Shown here: one piece after another, positions 52,321-64,000 of the stretch
How the letters are laid out: every line of letters starts with the position of its first letter
Numbering within the stretch: the first letter of the stretch is position 1
NCBI RefSeq assembly: GCF_000150275.1
Contig: NW_002060943.1
Location: forward strand, 11,098,878-11,162,877
DNA: 64,000 bases
Source: Trichoplax adhaerens
Taxonomy: Eukaryota > Animalia > Placozoa
Direction: 5' to 3'
Made by a program: the position numbers and the translations under genes
The notes under the pieces: generated by a model
What the model was told of the DNA's origin: nothing
Database searches by the model: none
Seen by the model: the letters and a program-made list of their open reading frames with translations, nothing else

Positions 52321-55300
52321 TAACTAATTTTATAGCGGTCATGATAAATATTGTTGTTCCTTAGTTACTCCTAGTAATAGTACCTTATAAAGTGTCCGAT
52401 AATCTCTCAAGTAATATAATAAATAATAATGATCTTACCGTTCAATATCAGTTAAAAGAGCCGAATGTTTTCAATATATATCGATAGCTTATAGAAATAG
52501 AACAGCTTTAAGGTTAAGATTGACCAATGAGCCTATATTTTCTTCATCAAAAACCTGTATAAGTAGTAGTTATAGCGATATTAATCGTTCTTAAGTAGGA
52601 AAGAGCAAATAGAAAGGACAACTCAAATTTTTACCCGTATCCTGTATAAAGAAGTGCTTAGATTGAACGATATACAATAATAACTATTGATATTAGGGTG
52701 ATGATGATGAGACCGATATGATAATACAGATTGAAGATTATTGTTAGTTATACAACATCTCTTTTTCAAGTTCACCCTATAAAATGTATATGCGGACGGG
52801 AAAAAATATTATTCTAGTATTGTTTTAATGCTGTTGTTCTAGTTATTATTATCTGCTTCTTTTTATGTCAGTTGTCTCTACAACTGTAATCTTTTTCATC
52901 AGTTTCTATTCTTTGGTGTTAATGAATAGAATCTCCAACAATTTTGATGCTATTTGCATAACAAATAATATAGCATACTTTTGTATAGTTACCATGAAAT
53001 ACAGGATACCCACCGTGGAATTGTCTCCGCTTATTTTGACGTATAGGCTGAATTGAATGTCATTTGACTAGGATAATGACTCACTATATGAATGAATATC
53101 ATGTAAAAATAATCTCTCTAGATAAATTGTAAAGTTCCTTATATGAACACTATACTGCTATTGATAGCTTGGAGATAAATAATAGTATTGTAGAAATACT
53201 TCGTCTCTGTTGTTAGTGAAAGAAGATTCTATTTCAGGGCATTCAAGAAACTATATGTCTAGTAAAGTCGATCGTCAAATCAAATCAATATAGTTGATAG
53301 AATTGTAGAGGTGCCTGTATATTCGATTTTAGTACGGTATACTCTATATCTAGAAGTCGATCGTCATGGAAATGCCGCCGGTATAATAGTATTGAATAAG
53401 TGTTATATAGTTTGACTTTAGCGCCAATTCATAATCAAGGAAAATCGATCCTGAATTAACTTTCGCCTCCGAAATTGCATTGAAAAGAAATTTATATAAT
53501 GCAGTATATCTTTAGCGTACTAATACTCTACTATATAGAAATTAATGTAATTTAGCTATACATCTTGAAAATTTGAGCGTGAATATTGTAGTGTAATAGG
53601 ATTGAATACATGTTGAATAATGCTGATTTGGTAACAACACAGCCGTTATTCAGGAAAGCATAATATAACGTCAAAATAAAAATTTCTATAAGTAGTAGGC
53701 CACGATCTATAGAGTACAATACTGTAATAGATGTATTTTAAATACATTTTTTGAATTAAATTTAAGATTTACTAGTAAATCGTACCGTATATTACGAAAT
53801 GATCAAATCTCTATGTAAAGCTCTTTGACGATATTATTAGCAACAATGCAAAGAGTATAATCGTATGCGCTAGTGGATGAAGTATTACTGTATATCGAAT
53901 TCAAAGCTCATTTATCGAACAGTACATCAAAAGTGCTCCAGTTCCGATATAAAGTCGATTATAAATGTCTGAATGCAATGATTATATAAAGTACTAGAAG
54001 TAATAAAATTATACATTGATCAGAATAAATTTGAGAAAAGTAATCTATATGCACAATCACCTATACATGTCATAATCTATAGAACTCATGTTAACAAATG
54101 AAAGCTAAGATAGTACCCCGGCTAAACAAAACTTGACAAGCCTTCTTTGTTGCTGTATTATTGATTATTTATTCTGATTACATCTCATGCTGTTGAAGTT
54201 ATACTGTACAATGTACATATGAGTGCACCTATCTTTCAAAGCTAATGGTTATTAAATTCAGTCTTACTTATAAAAGCTATTAGGATTGAGTTAGCTTTGA
54301 GCTTTAATCAATGAATTGTTCTTTAGAACGTTAGAGTGATTTTGAAATATAGTCATATAAAATTAACTCTTAAATTTTAGTAATCGCATTGCTCTCCTCA
54401 TAATTAGAATACGGCAGCTTAGCGAATCATTTGACCAAACATAATTGAATAACTTGCGTAATAGATGAGAACGAATACTGAGCTGATGTGTTATATATAT
54501 TTTAATCAGACGTCAAATTATGTAGTAGGCATACAGAGTATAATCCTGTATTGTATGAAAATAACATTTCATGCAATGATTCAGCGACCCATTTCGTCTC
54601 CGAGCCCCACTACAGCATGCAATCATAAGGAAATATGAGAGCTAATGCCTTTTAGACAAATCGTTACCTCAGAGTTTGATTTTGACATTATATATTGCAA
54701 TGTATTAATGCCTATTTAAAACGCTCAACAAACAATAGGAAAACAAATGTAGTAAATGCGATAGTTCTTTCGCGTAAAGTACCAAACTAGCTATTTTTAG
54801 CACATACATACCGATAAAGTACTGTATCGCTTATTATATTGTACAAATTACTGATAATTGCTATCGAAGCGTGTAAAAGATTATAAAGCTATCTAAGGAT
54901 ATTGCAGGTAATTTTACATGAAATATCAGTATTACGATTATAAATTAGTGGTAATTAATGACTATTAACTTTATAATCAGTACATTAGAGGAACACCAAG
55001 TCTGAACTGTTTAAAATTACTTGCATTTAAAGATGCATATACCTGACAATCTTGTCAGTAATTACAACTTTATACGGTATTATATTTCATCCATGTAACT
55101 TTTATGAATTACTAATTGCGTAACAGACAACATACTAAGAAAGACTAGCCCTGAACTATTTACAGTCATTAAGAGCTGAGGCTAATAAATTATCAGCACC
55201 GATTTACAGATGTGTACACGGCTAACCTTAGATCGATAAGCATGTTGGCTCATATCGTCATTTATTTGCGTACACCTCCATTACTATAATTTCAATAATT

Positions 55301-55893
55301 AGACTGCTAAATAGAAAATAGTAGTTATATAACGAGATTTGATATCTTGTTATAATACAAGGTTTTGATTAGCTACACACGTATAACTTCGAGAAAAGAA
55401 ATCAGAGTCTATGGTAGTCCAAGAATTGTATTAGTGAAGAGGACATCATTCAAAGCTGAAGAATAAATCTGAAGGAGTCATTTTTGAGAGCTCATTCAAA
55501 TACTGAATGAAGAACTCACCGTAAATGCCACGTAGAGCAAAATAAGCTTTCGTAGTAAGCCTTTATAAGATTTACATATAAAACTGGCCGTCACAATATC
55601 AAATGATTTTAGTTAGATTCGAAGTATTTGTTAATAAAACTCAAATAGGTGAGAAGTGATGCTAGCATAATTTTTAATTTATAGCTTGAATTAATATATG
55701 TCAATCATTTTTAATATCAATTGAACCACCATTAGCGACGCTTAAATTTAAGCCAAATAACGATGCCTTGGTGTAATCATTGTGCTTTTAGCTAGCAATA
55801 GCATGCTATTACTTTACGAAGTACTATATATTTTATACATTAAATTCATATAATATATATTACCGATAACATCTATGTTATAATTCATCTTTT

Positions 55894-58800
55894 CTATGCC
55901 CAAACCTATTGAAATATTAATTTACATGGTAATAATATTTAATATCCGCTAGAAAATGTAAATTATGGCAAAACCTTTTAAATCAAGTACAAAAATCTTT
56001 AAACTTACTTTTACTGTCTGATCCCAACTTCCACTAGCTAAGCCGAAGCCATCTGGAGACATTTTAAGACAACTTACGCGACTTTCATGCCCATAAAGGG
56101 TAGAAACTCTTTCCATCTAATGAAAAAATATAAAAATATTAATAATTACTATCAAATTGAAACTACATTTAGTAATAATATGATATACTCGCATCTTACC
56201 TTTAGCGTATCCCAAGCATGTATATTAAAATCATAATATCCAGCAAGCAACAATCGGCCTATCCAAGACGCATGTAAAAATCAATAAGTTAGCTCTTAAT
56301 TATTCATTACTTCGCCATTTCCGAATCGCTTGTAAATATTATTTGTAATAATGATTTCTAAGATCAACTCAACTACCACAGATCATGATTGAATGCGTAA
56401 TGTTAAATCTATAATATTAAAATTTAGGTAATCATTGCTATCACTTAAAACCGTAGTAGACGATCACTACCTCAAAGTGAGTATGTTGGAGCTATTTTTG
56501 TTAGTAAAATCTCAAGCAGCATAAATTATTATGAAGCAATTGAATCTACCATATACAGTCTGTTTTTCACTATGATAGACTATCTATAGCGCATACTTCT
56601 TACCGCTTTTAGTAAAATCGAGACTAGATACACCAAAGATAATCGAATCTCTTTTGTAGATGCTTATTCCTTGCATAGCTCGTAAATCGAATAGACGACA
56701 CTTACGCAATACCGCAAATGATAATTATTTTAGTACCATATTCACTTTTCACAACATTATTTATTTTATAAAACCAATAAACTTACAGTGCCATCATCAG
56801 AAGCAGATCCGATTACATCTCCAGTAGGAAAAAATCTATGATTAAAGAGATTAGAGATTAAGTTATGACCTGATAATTGTTCATACTACGATCTATTGTC
56901 TACTAGGTAGGCATAGGAAGTAAATCAAAATTGATATGCAACTCTGCAATGTGAGAGCCCTATTAAACCTATTCTATAAATCTAAATAAATGCAACTTTA
57001 TGATACTACTATAGACATTCAGAATATTTAAGCATACATATGCCATCTGTAATATGTATGGCTCGGATTGATCTAATCATGACATCATAATACTGAAATG
57101 TATCCTTTAGCCTTACTTGACACAGTTAACGCTGGCTTTATGATCTTCAAAGGAATGAGTGCATTGACCTTGTCTTAAATCCCAAATTTTAACAATATTA
57201 TCGCATGATCCGGAAGCTATTAAGTTTGCTGGAAATGTTGGACATAAATCAAGACTAAGAACATCTGCTTTATGACCATGGAAGGTGTAAATCATTTGAG
57301 ATGTTTCCACATCCCATAAGGCACAAGTAGTATCTCCTGATGCTGTTAATAGCTGAGGAATCATTCAACAATAGATAGAATTAGATAGCTAACATTTTCA
57401 ATTTACAACTAGTTATTCTAACACTCCATCACAAACGTACTACTGAAAAAAATTAACGCAAAGATTGATGGAGAGCACGCAATTTCTGTAGCTCAAGACG
57501 TGATAAGATATACAGATCGATTTCTTACACATGAGTAACATACCTGACAATCGGAATAGATAAATTTACAATCGGAAATATAGCTTGTATGTGTTGCTAT
57601 AGTTCGTTTCGTACTAGCTATATCTTCAAGATCTTGTATATCGTAGATAGAGCATTTATTGTCCACCCCACTGTGATAGATTGGAATAAATTTAATATCA
57701 CTTCAATACAATATTTTTATCGTGATTATGACAGATTCAAACTATAATGGTAATGATTAATGACATGTATTGCCACACTCGTGAACATTTGCATTCATAC
57801 TGAGTTAAAAACTACCGGTAGTTATGTTTACTTAATCTTACGAAATAAAATAACGCATTATATTACCCGCAAGCGATATAGGAACCTACGGAGTCAATAC
57901 TACACGCCATCGTCCAAGGAGTACTTTGAGGAATAACGATGTCCTTGAATGTTAATTTATACTTTTAATCAATACGATAGTCACTTTCCATCAAGGTTAC
58001 TACAAGGCAATAATATAGGGTAACAATCCGCGGTGCAGGTATACGTTTGAAGTAAAATACATTTTGGATTGCATATACAATAATAGAATAAGACTTACGT
58101 ACTTTTTGTGATGAAAATGCATCCCACATTATTACTTCGCCATCCTATGATATCAATACAAATGACGTATTAAAAGCACTCTCAGTTTTATATATAGGTC
58201 AATTTCATAAATGAAATATAATAACAACTAAAAGTAACTGTTCCTACATCTATCAGGCAAAGTATAAAAATACTGAGAAATATTCCATGATAATTATGAA
58301 AATAAATTATTGAGGACGTTATCATCATATCTGTTATAGTGTATTGATTAGGAAATATAACATTATACAGTTCCAGCACGTTCGAGATCATAAATGTTTG
58401 TAAAAATATAGGAAACTAAACTTGTTACAAAAATTGTAGATTGCCCCATGTTCTATGATAAAATAGAGGCTGTCATATCCATGACTAATTTGCATGAGTG
58501 AAAAACTCAGTCATTTTTAAATATGTCTTTAAAGATATTGGCATAAGCTACAGATAAAGGAATAAAAGTTTATAATGCTGTCTGCTGTATGTATGTATTC
58601 TTCAATGACACCTGTAAGATTGCTATTTAAATCATATAAACTAATTACCTCGAATATTAAAAAGATTACTGCGAATTTTGTGTCTATTTCACCTGTGAAG
58701 AGCTTATAAGTTTCTGGCCATTCTTTGTCCAGTCTAAGCGTAATATTTTACCTTGGTGGCCTTTCAAGCTTCTTCTGATTTTATATGATAATTGATCAAA

Positions 58801-59055
58801 GTGTAATATTGTAGCGGAAGAATCTCGTACTGCCGATTTGATAAAAATAAAGATAATATTAACAATTTAACTTCATTTTATGACCATGCAACACTTATAA
58901 AATTCTACGATCGAAAATTTTAATCATTCAATCTGGTTACATGTAGCATCACAATTTTTTTCACGACGCTTCCGTAATTTTTTCTTTAAGCTCTCAACTT
59001 CTTTCTCTAATTCGGTTAAGCTTTTCTCTTTATCACCATTCGCAGCCATTTTCAT
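55894..59055 (-). CDS. GNB5: Guanine nucleotide-binding protein subunit beta-5 (WD40)
   Basis: N-terminal coiled coil, then [16 protein letters not shown]...ISSSQ|[123 protein letters not shown]. Beta-5-type residues include SSSQDG, FHGH.ADVL.LDL and IIFG. About 11 exons. Confidence 0.88.
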
Positions 59056-60654
59056 TCCTTAACTTGGGTGGAATCAGTTTTAATATTTTCATATAATAGC
59101 AGGTCTATGAAATTATCGACTATGACAAAGAATTAATGTTTTCGAACACCATCTGTTCTAATTAATTATTAGCATATTGCCACAATTTACTTAATCATTG
59201 TTTATACGGAATTCATTTAAATATATCACACTATGGAAATGCACACTGCTACTAAATAGTTTCTTAAATTTTTATTTTTACTTCGTATTTGAATGCTCTA
59301 GCAGAACCTTTTGTGTATGTATATTACTTTAATTAATAAATGTAGCATAATTATATGTGGCTAGTTTTAGTGATACAGTTAAGTCACGCCATCGGCTTAA
59401 ACAGAATCTTACATAAATGTACCGGTATGCTGTATGAAGACGCAATCATATTGTCTGTAAACGGGCAATATGGACGTTTAGCATATTACAATCAGATTTT
59501 ATATTTCGTTGAAGCAAGTTAGAATCCAACGTATCTATCTTTTTCTTACAGATTTTTGATTGGATAACAAACATGTTTAACTTCTATTCTCATTCATAAA
59601 TAGCTGTGATAGTAAAATATTCTATACTTCTAGATATACGAGCATTAAAATTGCATCATTGCAACAACGATATTATTATCGTAATTGGTGGTATTTCTAT
59701 AGCCAATAATGCCCAATGGCTAGATTTCTATTCTTACGATTTGTTATGACAGTTATTAGTGTTATTATAGCACTCATTTGAATCGATTTGGTACACCTTT
59801 GACATGCGGAAAAGTGACGGTATAATCAAATTAATATCGTGAGAACTATATTTACTTTTCTAAGTCCGGATTTATAGATAATACTGTTAAACTGTAGTGC
59901 AGGAACTGTCATTACTATCACTGCTAAAACTTAAAGCACTCGTATTATAACTTTATATTTACTTAATTATATTCACAATGAATTTTTCTGATTTAGGGTG
60001 CTAGTGTAATACAATAACAAGATTGCAAATACGTACACGGAATGATATACAAGGGTAGTCTTTCAACTTTGATATTGAATGTTGATTTATACTTTTATGA
60101 TTTATTATATATAATTAGTCGTTTTAACTTGCTAAAAATATGAGTTAAATAGTTATTATATGAGTTTTGAGTAGTTAAATGCGTTAAGTGATTTCGTAAT
60201 TCTTTTATAATAAAATGATTTTGATAGCTTAATATATGTAAAATTTCAGAAATAAATCCATAAATATAATTCTTTTCATCAGTCATTATTTATAGCAGCT
60301 AAGATTTAGATTATTAAAGCCGACATCCAGATATGATAGAATCTGAAGTTTAAGCTGTATTATGTTAGCCATTAAGCAAAAACGTATAATATCGGTTGAA
60401 CAGAAATAGTTTTTAAAAATCATTATGTAGATAAATTTTATAATCAGCTATATGCATACTTATTAATATACTGACTCTAGGAAAATATGAAATAGCGTGA
60501 ATCAAAGTACAGTAGCGAACATGTGATCATAGCATTGATTTTCGGGAAATAATCTGAATTTAATGTTCGTAATTATATAACGTTTGTCATATTCTTCTTC
60601 AAAATAAATTATGCATCTCTTGTAACTCTTTCGTTGAGTCGACTAAAAACAAGA

Positions 60655-62750
60655 TCATAAAATAACACAACTACGAGAATGATTGATATTTCTCGATTTC
60701 ATCAATGATTTGCGCGATTTATCATCATTAACAGTATTATTTCTAAGTAGCCTCTCTTGTGAATCGGTATGTTTGCTTTGATCCACTGCAATTTTTTCCG
60801 GTTTTAAATTTTGATATTGTGTACCCATAGCCAAATTCATTCTCTCAACTCTTGCTATGTGATGATGAATCTCTCTCGGTTGTAAATACGATCCTGACAT
60901 ATCTAGGTTAGCCACCTTTGCATTGCTTTCATTGTCAGGATTATTCATGTGTGCTTCACTAGATGATGAAGCTTTCGTCATTTGAAAGTGGCGTAAAGTT
61001 TGGTACGTATGATCGAGAGTTGCTGGTGACTGGCTTTGACTTGGAATGGACAATTCGGACATTACTTTACTTTCGTCAAGTTTCATGTTGGCCACGTTGT
61101 CTTTGTAAATTTTCCATGCAACTTTTCGTTCAATAGAATCCGTTAACTTATTTGTTATCCTTTCAAAGGTATCATTATTCCATCTTTTACATATCGTTAA
61201 CATTTTCATTGCTAATTTATAATGAAGTAAGGCCTCTTCGAATTTTCCTTGGCGATGAGCAATATCCCCAAGCCCTTCATTAGCTTCCATCTCACTGATG
61301 TTATCATGAGCGTTAGTAGCAGCGTGACATGCTTTAGCATAATACTGAGAGCTTAGTTCTGTTTTATCCAACATGCCATATGCATAAGCAATGTTGCAGA
61401 ATGCCTTAGATTGAGACGACTTGTCCTTAAGATCATCTAAAAAGTTAGCAAGATGTACAATCAACTCAATTGAAGATTTGTTAAGACAACTAAGATAGTC
61501 TTGTTATTGATAAAAGTACGATACGAAAACAAAAATACCGTTTACAACATTAGCCGATAATAACTTTATTTAGATCAGTAACAATTTATAAATACTTTAC
61601 CGAATAAATTTATAGCTTTATGATGATAAGCTATCGCTTCTGAGTATTTGCCCATTTGATTAAGTACTGCACCAAGCCCTTGATAAATAGATGCGCCAAG
61701 GAACTTTTCTTCCTTTTTATTAACTATGAGGTGTTCTATTGCTAGTTCAAAACAGTCGATGGCGTCGTTAAACATTGATATTTGGTTATAAATCAGACCC
61801 GCATTGTAATAGATTTGACCTATTTTTGTTTATAAAAAAAGGTAAATTTAAGAGTGTGATGGCATGACTAAAATCGCATTTGACAGATTTCCATCGATGT
61901 TACTGTATTTATAATATCAGTGCGGTAATTTTCGATAATATACTAGTTGATACTTGATGGCTAGCGTAAAAGGATATGTAGGGATTATATGTTTATTGTA
62001 TGGCTTAAAGCATTCAGTTTATCTAACTGCATATCTTAAACAAAACGCATTATCGTGCTACCAGCTGTTAAACTTACATAAAATATCTTCTTCTTGTATT
62101 TTTTGACAACGAGTTCGAATATCATTCAAAATTGCAAGACATTTCTTTAGTTGGCCTGAATTACCTAATAGAGATGCCATTTCGGCCAATATAAGAGTTT
62201 CATTCGATGGATCATCTATTCGTCTAAAAATATCACGAGAATTCTTATAACAAGTTAAAGCCTGATTAAAATTATCAGACTTTGTCCAGCAATATCCAAG
62301 TTTCGATAAAACAATCGCCTGCATATCGAGCTTTTTTATTTCTCTATATCCGCAAAGTGCTAGATCAAAATACATTATTGCTTCTGAAAATAAATTTAGG
62401 GAAAGTTTGCTTAAGCCAATATTATAGTAAATTTCGAAGGTCAGCTCATCTTCCGTAGCCTTTTCTTCTGGTATGGCTTCCTTAAAGCGTTTTAATGCCT
62501 CCTTATGTCGACCTTGCCTCGCATAACAAATTCCAGCTAAAAGTAAGCATTGATATTTTAATTTAATGTAAGTAACCTCTAGATTATCTGCCTTATCTAT
62601 TGCTTCTTCAAATATTTCGATCGCTTTTTCAATGTTATCTTTTTTTAAATATTTTGATGCTCTGCGATATAAATTTACTACTTCCTTACGCTGTACCAAT
62701 GCTGAATCGATTTTTATGTTCGCATTGCTAGTCTTGTTATCGAACTTCAT
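60655..62750 (-). CDS. TTC24: Tetratricopeptide repeat protein, TTC24-like, with C-terminal CAAX; exons 62750-62078, 61819-61601, 61436-60655
   Basis: Multiple TPRs. Segments resembling TTC24 from memory: AIPEEKA, LGAVLNQMGKYSEAIAYHHKA, EANEGLG..A.RQGKFEEALLHYK, ERITNKLTD. Ends SRSCVIL*. Introns are phase-1 compatible. Confidence 0.75.
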
Positions 62751-63074
62751 GATGTTATTGCTAATAATTTTATTACCCGCATTTAATGAAGAACTTCTTT
62801 GCTGACGATGTGTAAGTTAACCAGAAAATATGCGTATGATTATCGCCTGACCACTTCTGTAGATAACGTTTATGATGTTATACATTCCATTAATAAGCCG
62901 ATTATATGCTTGTAAGTTTAATGCGTATCGTTACTCACTATGGCTTCAATTGAGACTGTACTGTTCGAAATTCCATCGATTTACGCATACTGTATCAACT
63001 ATAATTTTATATTAGAACTATTTGCTCTGCCGGTGTATTTTCAGCCCATATTATATTTATAGACAAGTTTACTG

Positions 63075-63088
63075 GTTGCTACGGTAAC
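63075..63088. promoter_or_regulatory. RFX X-box-like motif upstream of the TTC24-like gene
   Basis: GTTGCTACGGTAAC, within the palindromic context ctggttgctacggtaaccag, about 330 bp upstream of the ATG. Confidence 0.55.
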
Positions 63089-64000
63089 CAGATAAATCGT
63101 ATGTGACAGTACGTACTTTTTGTAAGACTACCATTACAGGGCGTGGCGAGCCCTCTAAAATGGTTGAAAGATACTCAGCTATAGTGTTGCCATAAATTGT
63201 ATCTTTAAATTGTGAAGAAATGGACTTTCAATTTGGCTCCAATTCCATACAGACAGATCAGTACAACATTGAGCAATTGGCTCTTGATATTTTGATTACT
63301 TTCTATCGCAGTATTGAATAATCCTATTTCTTTCAAGTTTCTAATATAAACTATTAGTCGCTTTTACATACTCGGTCGCTCCAAGCATTTTACAACTCAC
63401 GTCGTAATACTGGTCTATACAGTAGGGTGCGTTTAGTATGGCTTGACGCTATTAGTGGCACTGATGGCTAATTACCGTACAGTGTACTGTAGTGTTGTGC
63501 AATAGAGTGAAAAGGCAACCCGAACCCGATCAAATGGTTGATTTTTCTAGCCCAAAATGAGTGCAATTGCTATACAAACACTGTATCACTATAGAAATTT
63601 TTAACCCGAATCCCGCCCTCGAGTCGGGTTTAAATGGGGTTTCGTAGTAAATACATGAAGATACTGAACTAATTGAGTGCATGTACAGTATGCAGAACGC
63701 GATATTGAGGGCTGTACGAGTTTACTGTAGAGTATGGTACAGTACTTAGGGTATTCGCAGAATCGCGTAAAATTGTGATGCCCAACCAAAATTCAATATC
63801 CTTTACTTCATAGAAACGATTCTAATAACTAACCACGCTGAAGCTTACATACTTCATATTGACCATTTTATTTTATTTTATTCTTTATCTATAAATGTTA
63901 TAAATAAAGCACAGAATATATTACAAATTACATATTTAGATTCTTAGGATAACGTACAGATGATTGCATTTTGTTAAAAAGCAATGCGATAATTTATAAT

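Noticed and set aside
60655-62750. LGN/Pins (GPSM) ortholog, suggested by TPRs near Par-6
   Set aside because: No GoLoco (DQR) motifs; the sequence pattern and CAAX fit TTC24 better.

Overview
AT-rich, gene-dense animal genomic DNA with short GT-AG introns. The compactness and gene style suggest a placozoan (Trichoplax-like), which is an inference. Spliced models were reconstructed by hand from splice signals and reading-frame phase. In order: a possible coiled-coil exon (-), Par-6 (+), a 74-aa single-pass glycophorin-C/syndecan/neurexin-tail microprotein (+), two tandem adhesion GPCRs (+), an EF-hand/coiled-coil protein ending in a dynein microtubule-binding-stalk-like domain (-), G-protein beta-5 (-) and a TTC24-like TPR protein with a CAAX box (-). 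The standout is the second adhesion GPCR (CUB-Ig-HormR-GAIN/GPS-7TM): its cytoplasmic tail splices in frame into an intronless exon encoding two RRM (RNA-recognition-like) domains. The first adhesion GPCR has 17 EGF exons, some from a very recent exon+intron tandem expansion, plus a 1.97-kb intronless exon with IgGFc-binding, DNDCDG-type and HYR-like modules that are common in bacterial surface proteins. Non-coding features include TACAGTA/TACTGTA-rich blocks near gene starts, several tandem repeats, a long hairpin, an AP-1/CRE cluster and an RFX X-box. No rRNA, tRNA, CRISPR array or intact transposon is supported.
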